A DNA stretch of 64,000 nucleotides from an uncultured bacterium (GTDB lineage Bacteria; Babelota; Babeliae; Babelales; Vermiphilaceae), in NCBI GenBank assembly GCA_963713925.1, contig OY970212.1, positions 704,001 through 768,000 of the forward strand. Reading direction: 5' to 3'. The position numbers were made by a program, and so were the translations under genes. The notes below the pieces were generated by a model that had not been told where the DNA came from, searched no databases, and was given only the letters and a program-made list of their open reading frames with translations. Below are positions 1-10,118 of the stretch, piece after piece. Each line of letters starts with the position of its first letter. Position 1 is the first letter of the stretch.

Positions 1-464
1 TTAGGCTCGGCTGCAAGCTCCCGTAACATTGTCGGGGAAGTCACCATTGCAAAAGTTTTTACGAAATCCTCTCCGTCAGCCGTAAGTTTTTTCAGATTTG
101 TATCATACAACGTATTGTTTTGGGTGATATAGCGATAGAATGATGGAATTGCAACTGAGATGCCTTCACCCTTTGTTAAAAAGAGTTTTGCCAAATTTTC
201 TGCCTCAAAATGAATCTCACCGGAACTCAGGGCGAGTATAGAAAGCTCTTTTTTTAACTTTTTTCTGCTTACGTTAGTAAGCGCAGTATCATCTGGTGTA
301 GTTTCATACGCACAATTTCGTAAATTTGAAAGAACGGCATCAAGACGCATTCGTGCTTCATCGTTTGAAGGAATCTTGGTATCCCATATACTCAAGTCAG
401 CACATGAGATTGGCCATGAGAAGAGTAGCGTGAAAATAGCCGATGCAATAATTTTTTTGACCAT
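1..464 (-). CDS. Hypothetical secreted protein (runs off window edge)
   Basis: ATG at 464-462 with AAGGGAG RBS. Open frame MVKKIIASAIFTLLFSWPISCADL... to the window edge, with a signal-peptide-like N-terminus. Not in the ORF track. Confidence 0.7.
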   Translation of the reverse strand, partial: MVKKIIASAIFTLLFSWPISCADLSIWDTKIPSNDEARMRLDAVLSNLRNCAYETTPDDTALTNVSRKKLKKELSILALSSGEIHFEAENLAKLFLTKGEGISVAIPSFYRYITQNNTLYDTNLKKLTADGEDFVKTFAMVTSPTMLRELAAEP

Positions 465-665
465 GTCTCCCTTTCTATTGGTTACTTTATATATTTTTGA
501 CATGATCATACGAAGTTTCTTTGCCGCATGCAAGCGAGGCCTAGGAAGCTACTTCTCTTATTTTCGGATGAGCTCTTATAATTTCTATAGTTGTATCAAG
601 CTTTGCAGATTCAACTTTTAGTTTTTCCGCTAAATCACGTAACTTCATACAACTTTTGCTTGATC

Positions 666-1101
666 CTATTGACTTTTGAAGAAGTAAAATTTTTGTATCA
701 TAGTACCAAAAAAATATAATGATTGATATTTAATGAGCGCAAAGTATTCCTGCGAAGTCTTGGTAAAGTAGAACAATATTTTACCCAAATTCCACAATAC
801 TCCATTTGCGTCTCCGGAGATCGTCGATTTAAGACTGCTGAATTCAGTAAGATCTAGTGTATATAGGAACTGATGTATTTGGAACAACAAACGCATAAGT
901 AAGGAAATAAATCGCGAAGCATAAAAGAGTCAGCACAAGCGAATTAAACAAAACATTTTGTTTTTTATTATGAACAAATGATAGTAGAAAATAGAACAAA
1001 ATAAAAAAAATGAAAAAAATAAGAATCATTGAATTGCCTCCGGCATCCAAGCGCCCAACAAACGGCAATCTATGCCATAACTCAATAAAAGCTCTCAGCA
1101 T
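666..1101 (-). pseudogene. Possible frameshifted remnant of a membrane protein
   Basis: Two overlapping minus-strand ORFs (844-1101 very hydrophobic, 666-896) in very AT-rich DNA next to the tRNA. No family recognised. Confidence 0.25.
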
Positions 1102-1276
1102 ATTAATCTTCCTTATTAGGATGTTTCGTTAGACTTTTATATTCTACAAACCTATTTTCGAAAAATACAATGATGTTGATAGCATTTATTTGAGCCTAAG
1201 ATCCAAGTCATTCATTGAGAAGGCTCCTGGGCATTTCAATCGTCTATTGTTTCTCGTTTATTACAACGCTACTTTT

Positions 1277-1350
1277 ACGCCCGTAGCTCAGTTGGATAGA
1301 GCGACAGATTCCTAATCTGTAGGCCATGGGTTCAATTCCCGTCGGGCGAA
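1277..1350 (+). tRNA. tRNA-Arg (anticodon CCT)
   Basis: Cloverleaf: D arm GCTC-AGTTGGATA-GAGC, anticodon arm ACAGA-TTCCTAA-TCTGT, T arm ATGGG-TTCAATT-CCCGT, acceptor (A)CGCCCG/CGGGCG(A). CCA is not encoded. Confidence 0.93.
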
Positions 1351-1382
1351 ATATGCGCACACTTTGTGTAATTATCCAAAAA

Positions 1383-3149
1383 TTACCAACCACCGCCTCC
1401 ACCTCCACCGCCTCCTCCTCCGGAGCGACTACCGCCTCCGCTTCCAGATGATCTACCAGGTGGAGTTGATGATGCTGAAATTGCAGAGCTCAATGATGAG
1501 GTAAGAGAAGAGGCAAATCCGTTAGAAAAGCCCCTTGAAAAAGATCGACCTACATACCATCGTGGTTGATATGGATGACCTTCAGCGCGTTTCTGCTCAA
1601 AGAGAGGAGCAAATTGCCCCGTCCATTCATCTTCTAGCCCCAGCACCATCGCATAGGGTAAATATTTTTCATAGAGCTCGGGAGTTTTTATTGGCGGCGT
1701 TCCTACTATTTTCATTCGATCAATTTCTGCTGCTTTCAAAAATAATTTGAAGCCGTCTATATGATCTTGTGTGCGTCTACCTCGTGGCGTATACACATCC
1801 CCCCATTGCACTGAAAGAAAAGCCAGTATACCCAAAATGATAAGCAAAAACATGTAATATCCAGGTGCGCCACCCAATAACATGGAAAAGACAACGGGAG
1901 CAGCAGCAAACAGTGCTATCCCACAGCCTACATAGGCAATATCATGACCTTTAAAATCTGCCTTAAACGATGTAAGATCTCGATACAAAATGTCATTGCA
2001 AAATAGTTTTGTCTTTGTTGAAAGCCAGGCTAAAGTTAATTGGTTTTTTTGTTCAATTTTAATTGATGAACCTTTGGCAAATAGCCCGAATACAATCTCT
2101 TTTTCATGAGCTGTTAATGCATCATCACTTTTTGCTTTTTTTGTTTTCTTAAGCGTATAGGTATAACGTCCCCAGGAAGATTTTTCTGCCTCTATTTCAA
2201 TAAAACCATGAATTGCCAAATTAACGATATCGGCAGCAACGAACTTTTCTTCGAAAGTTTTATCATTAAGATACCCAACAGCCGAGGGCAACATATTCTC
2301 CGGCGGATAATAATGTGGAATTACAACGCCCGGTGCGTTTATTTTCTCTCGTACGCGATAACAGTATTCCATAAATAACAATATGAGCAGGAGAGCCAAC
2401 AATACGAGGGCGATCACCCAATTATCCCTAAAAAACCACCAGAGTTTTTGCAGTAAAGTTGGTTCTGCAACCCAACCTTTGGGCCATGTAACCGCAATGG
2501 TTAAGCCTTCTTCAGGTCGCAGTGGTCGTGTGGTAGAAAAAATGGCCTCGTTCTTATCATTAATACTTGCAGTATAATTTTTTCCCTGTTGACCAAAATA
2601 TCCTGTTGCAGCTTCAATAGATTTGATGGGAACATCTTTGGGTAGATGGACAATAGCCTTTGCATAATCAATGGGTAATCGCCATCCATTACCGGTTACA
2701 TTCCAATAAAGTTCATCATGCTGTTTGAAGAAGCCAATTTGTCTCTGAGTTTCATACTCAATGGTATACGTGTAATGTCCAGGCCTTAAATAGATATGCT
2801 CACTTCCGATGTATACCTTCACGCCATTGGATTCTTTTATTTCTTTATGGTGTACCGGCTCGTCATCAAGCAATACTCTATTAAGTCGAAAGTCTACAAA
2901 ATATGAAGTTCCCAAATAATCGCGATATTTGGTTGGAAATTCTCGTACAATACCTCGTTTGATAGTTGTGCCAGTGCTATTTACGGCAATCGTTTCCGTA
3001 ACCAATATGGAGCCATCGGCACGAATCGTGATATCACTCTCAAAAAAAGTAATACGCTCACTCGCAAAGGACAGTGATGTTATACATGCTATAAAAGCAA
3101 TGATCATGTGGCGCATACCAAAGTCTCCGTCTGCCGCTTTATTTGGCAT
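1383..3149 (-). CDS. DUF2207 family membrane protein
   Basis: DELYWNVTGNGW, GLTIAVTWPKG, YEKYLPYAMVLG motifs and a GGGGGGGGGGW C-terminus. Typical pairing with lemA. True start probably at MRHM (~3116). Confidence 0.9.
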   Translation of the reverse strand: MPNKAADGDFGMRHMIIAFIACITSLSFASERITFFESDITIRADGSILVTETIAVNSTGTTIKRGIVREFPTKYRDYLGTSYFVDFRLNRVLLDDEPVHHKEIKESNGVKVYIGSEHIYLRPGHYTYTIEYETQRQIGFFKQHDELYWNVTGNGWRLPIDYAKAIVHLPKDVPIKSIEAATGYFGQQGKNYTASINDKNEAIFSTTRPLRPEEGLTIAVTWPKGWVAEPTLLQKLWWFFRDNWVIALVLLALLLILLFMEYCYRVREKINAPGVVIPHYYPPENMLPSAVGYLNDKTFEEKFVAADIVNLAIHGFIEIEAEKSSWGRYTYTLKKTKKAKSDDALTAHEKEIVFGLFAKGSSIKIEQKNQLTLAWLSTKTKLFCNDILYRDLTSFKADFKGHDIAYVGCGIALFAAAPVVFSMLLGGAPGYYMFLLIILGILAFLSVQWGDVYTPRGRRTQDHIDGFKLFLKAAEIDRMKIVGTPPIKTPELYEKYLPYAMVLGLEDEWTGQFAPLFEQKRAEGHPYQPRWYVGRSFSRGFSNGFASSLTSSLSSAISASSTPPGRSSGSGGGSRSGGGGGGGGGGGW

Positions 3150-3155
3150 TGAATT

Positions 3156-3719
3156 CTAGAACTGAACTTTAGGAACATCACGTTCTTGAGCTGAGTTTAA
3201 TTCAAAGTATGGTGCTTGTGTAAAATTAAAAAAATTCGCAATTATATTGGATGGGAATGAAAGAATAGATTTATTATAATCTCGCGCAGTCCCATTGTAA
3301 TAGCGGCGTGCGAGTTGGACTTCCTGCTCAATATTCGAAAGATCCTTTTGCAACATCAGAAAATTTTCATTCGCCTTTAAGTTTGGATATTGTTCTGCAA
3401 CCGCAAATAATGTTTTGAGCGTGCCAGTTAACCCACTTTCAGCAGCAGATTTCTCTGTCACCCCGTGTGCCGACATTGCGGCCGAACGCAAACGCACAAC
3501 CTCTTCAAGTACGTTTTTTTCATGAATACTATATCCTTTCACGACCGAAACCAAGTTAGGAATCAGATCATACCGACGCTTCAGCTGGACATCTATACAA
3601 CTCCAGGCCTCGTCGAGCATCGTTTTTAAGTGAATGAGACCGTTATATTTTCCAGCAACCCACAACGCTATAAGGGCACATAAGCCAAGTAGTAACAAAA
3701 GTATCATCATGATTGTCAT
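3156..3719 (-). CDS. lemA: LemA family protein
   Basis: N-terminal TM, IDVQLKRRYDLIPNLV, EQYPNLKANENF, ARRYYN, FPSNIIA. Confidence 0.95.
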   Translation of the reverse strand: MTIMMILLLLLGLCALIALWVAGKYNGLIHLKTMLDEAWSCIDVQLKRRYDLIPNLVSVVKGYSIHEKNVLEEVVRLRSAAMSAHGVTEKSAAESGLTGTLKTLFAVAEQYPNLKANENFLMLQKDLSNIEQEVQLARRYYNGTARDYNKSILSFPSNIIANFFNFTQAPYFELNSAQERDVPKVQF

Positions 3720-4075
3720 AGAACACCCTTGAATAAGGAGATGAAAATATCGATTAAAAACGTATAGATTTTGTATGAAATGTGATCTGTTAACTTTATT
3801 CTACCAAAACCTTCTTAAAAATTCAAAATCAATAGCTATTTTTGTTTCAATTAGCAATGTTTGCATTGAGTGAATAGTTTTTCATCACTTTTTTGCGTTT
3901 GCCAAATGAACATAATGAGCGAGCCGCATCTTGATAAAATTCTCTTTTGGTTCTCGCCCTAAGCGACGGTTAAGTTCATTAAATTGCTGATAGATTTCAA
4001 TAACATCATCATTGGAAATGTCAGGATCAAGGAGCATGAGTCGAGTGTGCAATCGTGATCGATGTTCTTTATATC

Positions 4076-4112
4076 AAAAGGGTCCCGAGCGAAGTGAGCT
4101 CGGGACCCTTTT
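4076..4112. terminator. GC-rich hairpin flanked by A/T tracts, probably derived from the palindromic element
   Basis: AAAAGGGTCCCGAGC-GAAGTGA-GCTCGGGACCCTTTT downstream of the 4156-4620 gene. Confidence 0.7.
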
Positions 4113-4155
4113 ATTTTAGATCGTAAGTTAGTTTTCGAAATGGATGTTCTATCCT

Positions 4156-4620
4156 TTACCGAACTTTAGGCGGCCACGTCCATTCTACAGGTTTTGGTGT
4201 TTGAAGGTTTTGGGGTAAAGAGTTCTGTTGATTTGTATCACGCACAGGTGTAGACAATAATTGGCCGGCAAATTCATTTTTAAGTTCGTTAATAAGCCCG
4301 GTTCCTTCTTCCAGCACATTTGTGGGAAGTGTGTAGTGCACATGAGCATCTTGCAAGAGTGCAAGCATTGCTTTTAAATATCCTTGTCCCGCTGGAGTTA
4401 GAATGCCGTTTTGGCTGTATTGCGGCTGCTTAAGCGCTTCTCTGGTCGCTGCTATTTGATTTTTTATAAATTCAATAAATCCTGTCGGATTTAAAGTGGG
4501 GTTTGCCGCGGTGCAATTTTTATCGCCCCGGCGGCATACGACCGCATCTGAGCTTTGTACCGTTTGACAGGAAGCAAATCCAAGTAAAGTTAAAGTTATT
4601 ATTGAAAGTTTGTTCTTCAT
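4156..4620 (-). CDS. Hypothetical exported protein/lipoprotein
   Basis: 154 aa ORF; MKNKLSII...LGFASC is a signal or lipobox-like N-terminus. Confidence 0.7.
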   Translation of the reverse strand: MKNKLSIITLTLLGFASCQTVQSSDAVVCRRGDKNCTAANPTLNPTGFIEFIKNQIAATREALKQPQYSQNGILTPAGQGYLKAMLALLQDAHVHYTLPTNVLEEGTGLINELKNEFAGQLLSTPVRDTNQQNSLPQNLQTPKPVEWTWPPKVR

Positions 4621-4715
4621 ATATAGTGCTCTCTTTTCTTTTTATAATAGCATATCTTTCTTGAATATTGCCATATTTTTACATGCTTTTCATTGCCTGG
4701 TATCATTAAAAAACT

Positions 4716-5924
4716 ATGATAAAAAAACGTTTTCTATGCATTGGTGCTTCCGCTGCGGGCATTGCATGCATTAATAAATTAAAAATGCTCGATCCTAACA
4801 GGGAAATTCTCTGCTTTTCGGCAGAACCTGAAATTCCCTATAATAAATGTGTATTGGCTGATTGGTTGAGCCTGAAAAAGGCTGAATCCGAGGTTGTGTT
4901 GGCTTCTTTGGAGCAAATGCGACTCAAAGGAGTCCTTTTTTATCCAAATACTCCCATTGTGCGTATCGATCCGATCCAAAAAACAGTCATGAGCGCTTCA
5001 GGCGAGGTTTTTGCTTATGATCATCTCCTGATTGCGACTGGGGCACGGCCCACCCAAATGTCCTGCATTTGGACTCCTTTTATGGGGGCCCCCACGCGGA
5101 ACGTGGGGTACTTTACCTTTCACACCGCCGCCGATACCCGCGCCATCAGTGATTTTATTGCTCAAAAGCAGCCGAAGGAGGCAATTATTGTAGGCGCAGG
5201 GCTGACTGGACTTGAGGCAGCCGATGCACTATGGCAACGTGGGGTTACTACGATCACGATTATTGAAAAAAATGATCGGATTATGAGTAGTGTAATCCCT
5301 GAGAGCGCCTCAGATTTTTTAGATCGTAGGATGAGGTCGTTGGGAATCAATGTTGTCTGTAATCAGCAGATAGTTTCAGTCTCTGAGAATGAAATGGGTG
5401 TAACCATAGGCCTTTCTTCAGGGGAAATCCTGAAAACAAGTATGCTCATTGTTGCCGCCGGTGTGAAATCAAATAGTGAGCTTGCCCTTCAAGCGGGCAT
5501 CGCCTATGATCAGGGGGCAATTATTACTGATTCCTTCATGCAAACTTCCATTTCAGGTATTTATGCTGCCGGTGATGTTGCCCTGGTAACTGATCAGATT
5601 ACGGGTGAAAAAATCGTCAGCCGAACCTGGCCAGATGCCATGGCTCAGGGAATGACAGCCGCCCATGCGATCGCAGGCGTTCAAAAGCCCTATGCCGGGG
5701 TAGTCATGAGCCTCAACTCTGCCTTTTTTGGCCTGAAATTTGCCGCAAGTTATGCAAATTTTAATAGGGAGGTGGTCATGGAATCTATACAATTTCAAGA
5801 GGATCCCGAGCCTTTCTTTAGGTATGTCAGGAGTCACCAAGGGGTAGTTAAGGGCTATTGCCTCATTGGAGACACCAGGGAAGCTCCAGGTTTACGACGG
5901 TCCTTGGTCACCAAGCAGCCATAA
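4716..5924 (+). CDS. NAD(P)/FAD-dependent oxidoreductase (Pyr_redox_2, rubredoxin reductase/NirB-like)
   Basis: IGASAAG FAD motif, LLIATGA, IVGAGLTGLE NADH motif, TSISGIYAAGD. Confidence 0.88.
   Translation: MIKKRFLCIGASAAGIACINKLKMLDPNREILCFSAEPEIPYNKCVLADWLSLKKAESEVVLASLEQMRLKGVLFYPNTPIVRIDPIQKTVMSASGEVFAYDHLLIATGARPTQMSCIWTPFMGAPTRNVGYFTFHTAADTRAISDFIAQKQPKEAIIVGAGLTGLEAADALWQRGVTTITIIEKNDRIMSSVIPESASDFLDRRMRSLGINVVCNQQIVSVSENEMGVTIGLSSGEILKTSMLIVAAGVKSNSELALQAGIAYDQGAIITDSFMQTSISGIYAAGDVALVTDQITGEKIVSRTWPDAMAQGMTAAHAIAGVQKPYAGVVMSLNSAFFGLKFAASYANFNREVVMESIQFQEDPEPFFRYVRSHQGVVKGYCLIGDTREAPGLRRSLVTKQP
5051..5110. repeat. Two palindromic elements inside the oxidoreductase reading frame
   Basis: CACCCAAATG-TCCTG-CATTTGGACTCC (reverse copy) and GGGGGCCCCCACG-CGGAA-CGTGGGGTA (forward copy). 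The forward copy resembles intergenic 52334-52360. Confidence 0.7.
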
Positions 5925-6000
5925 TACCCCAATTTCACTTCGCTCCAGCTTTACTATGCTATCGCTGGACCCACGCATGAGACCCGAAATTGGGGACTCC
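5925..6000 (-). repeat. GGGNCCC..GGGT palindromic element with nested hairpin
   Basis: TACCCCAATTTC...GAAATTGGGGACTCC arms. Confidence 0.75.
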
Positions 6001-6033
6001 AAATCTGATATTTTCTATTTGTAACAATGCTAA

Positions 6034-6061
6034 TTGACGGCCTGAATCATTATGGTATATT
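6034..6061 (+). promoter_or_regulatory. Putative sigma70 promoter
   Basis: TTGACG-16 nt-TATATT with TG extension, upstream of a GGAGG RBS. Confidence 0.5.
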
Positions 6062-6106
6062 GGTATTAGTTTAAGAATCATAGAGAATCAAATGGAGGTT
6101 TATACT

Positions 6107-6679
6107 ATGAAATTCATGAAATATGCCCTATTGGCAACTGTAAGTCTGCTTTCTGCAGGTTCATTTGCAATGGACCCCTATGAAGCAGAGCTCAATTTAA
6201 AATATGCGGCTGTGGAAGTGGCTCAAGCAGTAGTAGAACAAACGGCTCCTGTTGCACAGGCAGTTGGTGAAGCTGCATCAAATCTTGGTGAACAATTATT
6301 GAATAATGTTGAAAGATATCTGGACGTATCGGCGGCATCCAATGCTTGGGAAGCTAGTAAAATTGCTGCAAAAGATGCATGGGCACCGGCAAAAAAATAC
6401 GGCCTAAAAATTGTAAATGATCTCGGTGGAGCTTGCTATGACGCTGGAATTTGGTGTTGGCATAGAACACCAAAGGTGCTCGGACATATGTTAGGCGAAG
6501 TTTCGGAAATTACAGAGGCTTTAAAGAAGACCCCTGTAATCACGACTTGTCTTGCAATAGGTGCTACTTATGGTGCTCTTTATAGTATTTGGAAACTCAT
6601 ACTTCCTACATCAGTTAAAACATCGGTTAAAGAAACAATACACCGTGTTATTACCAGAGAAGAACGCAGCAATAACTAA
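6107..6679 (+). CDS. Hypothetical secreted protein
   Basis: GGAGG RBS before ATG 6107; signal peptide ...AGSFA|MD; C-terminal hydrophobic segment. Confidence 0.75.
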   Translation: MKFMKYALLATVSLLSAGSFAMDPYEAELNLKYAAVEVAQAVVEQTAPVAQAVGEAASNLGEQLLNNVERYLDVSAASNAWEASKIAAKDAWAPAKKYGLKIVNDLGGACYDAGIWCWHRTPKVLGHMLGEVSEITEALKKTPVITTCLAIGATYGALYSIWKLILPTSVKTSVKETIHRVITREERSNN

Positions 6680-6687
6680 GATATCAA

Positions 6688-6715
6688 GTGGGCTGGGCGT
6701 ATGTTCAGTCCACTT
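6688..6715 (+). terminator. Hairpin after the 6107-6679 gene
   Basis: AGTGGGCTGGGC-GTAT-GTTCAGTCCACT followed by TT. Confidence 0.5.
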
Positions 6716-6733
6716 TAATAAAGAGGTTATGTT

Positions 6734-7375
6734 ATGAAAATGAAAAATATATTTTTTACTATACTTGCGGCATTTCTATCTACCGGCATGTCTTATGGCA
6801 TGAAGGTTGGAAAGTATGAGTCGATTAAAATAAAAACTGATAATTTACAAACGGATTTTTTGCATGAAGGCATGACTTTATCATCTGTTTTAACGGCGAC
6901 AACTAAATATGGTGCGCTCATCGCGTTCGGCGCCAAGCTTATGCATATGGGTTTGTCTCATTATCCCAAAAAATGGTTTGATGTAAAAGCCGGTAGTCGG
7001 GACAAAGAGGGAACAGCCCGTTGGTTTGCATATAATAAAACAACATATAATCATGAGTTTTTAAAAACCACGGATAATAAAAGGAAATTGGAACGGGCGA
7101 TATTGGCAATAACGCCTTATGCGCCAGATGCTAAGCAGATTAATGAGGCGTTTCAATTTGGCGATGCGCAAAAACAATTTCGCATGAAACAGCAATATAC
7201 TCAAACTCGAACTATGACGGATTTTATTTATCGTTTGTTTCCCGGGTTTCTTCCGCAAGGAGTTAAACAGAAAACGGTAGGGGAACTATTGTATTCACTT
7301 ATTTATGTAAATGGAAAAGAAGCAAATGAGTTGCTTGTCCAATTATTAGAAATAAAACAAGATATGGTCGCATAA
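6734..7375 (+). CDS. Hypothetical secreted protein
   Basis: 213 aa ORF, AGAGG RBS, signal-peptide-like N-terminus. Confidence 0.75.
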   Translation: MKMKNIFFTILAAFLSTGMSYGMKVGKYESIKIKTDNLQTDFLHEGMTLSSVLTATTKYGALIAFGAKLMHMGLSHYPKKWFDVKAGSRDKEGTARWFAYNKTTYNHEFLKTTDNKRKLERAILAITPYAPDAKQINEAFQFGDAQKQFRMKQQYTQTRTMTDFIYRLFPGFLPQGVKQKTVGELLYSLIYVNGKEANELLVQLLEIKQDMVA

Positions 7376-7406
7376 CTCGAGCTATCACAAGAGATTGATT
7401 AAAAGA

Positions 7407-7442
7407 AAGAGGAGCTTCCTACAATGGAAAACTCCTCTTTTT
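7407..7442. terminator. Bidirectional terminator-like hairpin
   Basis: AAGAGGAG...CTCCTCTTTTT between convergent genes. Confidence 0.6.
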
Positions 7443-7537
7443 ACTTTTCTTGGGTTACAACAGCAGCCTAAACTAGTGCTTTGAGAAGCCGCGTTAAGCT
7501 TTACCTCAAAATATGCTTTAAAATATTTACCAATTAA

Positions 7538-8758
7538 TCATTTCTGCTCAGTCAATGAAAGAATCGCAAAATCATAATGTGTTTCTTTGGTGTTGCCTGC
7601 TCGGTCAATGCGGGTGATTTGTTTGCGAGGGTCATCAAGCATTTGTTGTAAATCATCAATCGTTTTAACGTTTTTAAAGATCTTTTCAACAGGAATTTCA
7701 TGTACTTTGCCAAAACCTACTCCATAACCGCGGGCTTCAATCGCCAATGATTTTTCTGGATCTGAAATAATAATGACATGTCCCGGAAACCAAATAATAT
7801 CACCGGGCAATACGGTATCTTTTTTTGTCAGATGTTTGAGCGTCAGGTTGGCCGCGAAACTATTTTTACAAAAGTAAGGTATGCCAACAATTTCGGCTGC
7901 GCGTGCGATGAGCCCTGAGCAGTCAAAGCCTTGTTTAGGATTCTGCTTTTGATCCGAGAGTGTGTAATAACTGCATGATCCGTTTGGCGCGGTTACTTCT
8001 GAGATATATCCAGCATGTGAACGGCCGGTAAAGCTGGTTCCTCCCCAGACATAGGGAATGTAGCCATCATTATTTTCTGTCCACGTTCGAAGCAACTTAA
8101 TAAAGGCTTCTCTTTTTCCGGCCGCAGGTTTTTTGACGTCAAGCAACACAAGGTTGTTTGGAATATATGAATTGATGACTCTCTTTTTACGATCGTATAA
8201 TTTCACCATGATCGTATCCGGTTTTTTATGTGAATCGTTTTCGTTTCTTATCTTTCGATCGATTACAAATCTCGTTCCGGCTGAATAGGTTCGTTTGCTT
8301 ACGTGATCATGCCAAGGCGCAATAAGAATGACGGTATCTACCTGTTTGTACCGATCGGGGCTAAAAGAAGGGCGAGGGAATGCATTCAGATCGATGTTTT
8401 CTTTCTTGAGTTGTTCAACTGTTTTGACCGCTTTTTTTTCAATCCAATAGCGGCACTCTTTTTTCTTATTTACTAAATAATACACAGTTGGTAACTCAAC
8501 ATGGTATTCCTCATTATTTTCACCAATAATAGTAACTTGTTCATTAAAAATGGCCTGATGAATGCGGGGACAACAGCTTGCGGTTGTTGGTTTTGCACCG
8601 CAGAGCGAGATATCTTTGTATGAAGCGATCGTCGATTGACCGGTAAGAGGATTTCCCGCTAAATCGGCGATCGGATCAACCACATATCCAATGTGTGTCG
8701 CTAACATGCAGTACTGTATAAGAAGCGATACGCATGCTATCGTTTTCAATTCTTTCAT
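7538..8758 (-). CDS. NlpC/P60 (C40) family peptidoglycan peptidase
   Basis: PYVWGG, GFDCSGL (catalytic Cys), PGDII..GHVII. Confidence 0.88.
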   Translation of the reverse strand: MKELKTIACVSLLIQYCMLATHIGYVVDPIADLAGNPLTGQSTIASYKDISLCGAKPTTASCCPRIHQAIFNEQVTIIGENNEEYHVELPTVYYLVNKKKECRYWIEKKAVKTVEQLKKENIDLNAFPRPSFSPDRYKQVDTVILIAPWHDHVSKRTYSAGTRFVIDRKIRNENDSHKKPDTIMVKLYDRKKRVINSYIPNNLVLLDVKKPAAGKREAFIKLLRTWTENNDGYIPYVWGGTSFTGRSHAGYISEVTAPNGSCSYYTLSDQKQNPKQGFDCSGLIARAAEIVGIPYFCKNSFAANLTLKHLTKKDTVLPGDIIWFPGHVIIISDPEKSLAIEARGYGVGFGKVHEIPVEKIFKNVKTIDDLQQMLDDPRKQITRIDRAGNTKETHYDFAILSLTEQK

Positions 8759-8925
8759 GATTTATCCCCAAAAAATGTTGGTCCCTATTTCTCAATATGC
8801 ATATTTTGCATTCATCGAGTAAATGAAAGGGGCTTTTTAGAGTTAAAATTGTTTTGTCGAGTGATGTTGCTCTATACTCAAAGAGATAAAAGTGTGGGTA
8901 GTGTTTTTTTTGCGTGGGGTATATC

Positions 8926-9927
8926 ATGCGGTTTTTTTTTATGACGCTGTGCGTTTTCTTACAGATGAGCGCATGTGAGCCATGGACATGGACGTATCGA
9001 TATGCACGTGAGAAAACAGCAAAATCGCGGCATGGAACAATTGTTTTTAGCAGAGAACGCACGCCTTCCTTTAATCAACTCATCTATTCTTGGAATTGCA
9101 AAATGCCATTACAAGGCCATTTTTCTTTTTTTGTGCAAGTTCGTCATGAAAAGGAGGGGAAGTGGTCTGATTGGATTCATATGGCAGATTGGGGCGTCGG
9201 TGTTAAAAAAACATATCTGCAGAAAGAAAATGGACTTGATTTTCATCATGTTCGTCTTGAATTAGGCGATGCAAGAGCAAACGGATTTAAAATGAAAGTC
9301 ATTAAGTCAGATGGTCGCAATTGTGATGTTGATTGTGAGGGGTTGGGTGTCTGTATTTCAGACTTGCAAAAAATGGTCCCTGATGAGCCAGAAAACATGA
9401 ACTTGAAATCTTGTTATATTGCAGGAATACCTTTTTTATCTCAGTTCCATATAGATCATCATAAAAATGAAGCCTTATGCTCCCCCACTTCATGTACCAT
9501 GCTGCTTCGCTATTATCTTGGCAAACCATATGATCCTGCAAATGTTGCAGACTCCGTATATGATGAAGGACTTGGAATTTATGGAAGTTGGCCGTGTAAC
9601 ATGGCCGCCGTCTATGCATTATCGCACGGAAAGTTGAGTGCCTGCGTGACTCGTCTCGATCATTTTAAAACATTGTATCATTACCTTGCGCGCGGAATAC
9701 CGGTGTGTGTGAGTGTGCGTGGACCGCTTGCCGGCTCGGCAACTCCCTATGCTTCAGGACATATTTTGATTGTTAAAGGGTTTGATGCCATATCTCAGGA
9801 GGTCATTTGTAATGATCCCGCGTTTGAGTTTCAAGATGAGCGCGGAACCCGTTATCCATTAGTTGATTTTTTAAGGGCATGGGAGCGATCAAAACGACTT
9901 GCTTACATTATTTCACCCCATGTTTAG
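8926..9927 (+). CDS. Peptidase C39-like family protein
   Basis: SQF..CSPTSCTM (Cys), GHILIVKGFD (His), NDPA (Asp); signal peptide. Confidence 0.85.
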   Translation: MRFFFMTLCVFLQMSACEPWTWTYRYAREKTAKSRHGTIVFSRERTPSFNQLIYSWNCKMPLQGHFSFFVQVRHEKEGKWSDWIHMADWGVGVKKTYLQKENGLDFHHVRLELGDARANGFKMKVIKSDGRNCDVDCEGLGVCISDLQKMVPDEPENMNLKSCYIAGIPFLSQFHIDHHKNEALCSPTSCTMLLRYYLGKPYDPANVADSVYDEGLGIYGSWPCNMAAVYALSHGKLSACVTRLDHFKTLYHYLARGIPVCVSVRGPLAGSATPYASGHILIVKGFDAISQEVICNDPAFEFQDERGTRYPLVDFLRAWERSKRLAYIISPHV

Positions 9928-10040
9928 ACTTGGGGGCCCCAAGCGAAACAACTGTGCAGCTTGGGTGAAAAGTTAGGGTAAGAATAAAAAACACCACGCT
10001 CATGCGCGGGGACCCCAATAGAAGAGCTCAGTTGGGCTGA
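9914..10040. repeat. Cluster of back-to-back palindromic elements
   Basis: CACCCCA..TGGGGGCCCCAAGC..GCTTGGGTG and CACCACGC..GCGGGGACCCCAA..TTGGG. The first element overlaps the peptidase stop codon. Confidence 0.7.
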
Positions 10041-10054
10041 AATTTTTCATCAAT

Positions 10055-10085
10055 ATTGACAAACAGATAATAAAGTCAATACGAT
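10055..10085 (+). promoter_or_regulatory. Putative promoter with operator-like palindrome upstream of the amidase
   Basis: TTGACA-18 nt-TACGAT; inverted repeat ATTGAC-N14-GTCAAT. Confidence 0.4.
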
Positions 10086-10118
10086 AGAAAGTGTTACATC
10101 TCATGAGGGGAGAATGGT

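Noticed and set aside
1383..1470. CCT/CCA/CCG low-complexity repeat
   Set aside because: It encodes the normal Gly/Ser tail of DUF2207 proteins.
3885..4070. About 50-60 codon minus-strand frame (..MLLDPDISNDDVIEIYQQF..)
   Set aside because: Short, no clear RBS, no recognisable family; possibly a remnant.
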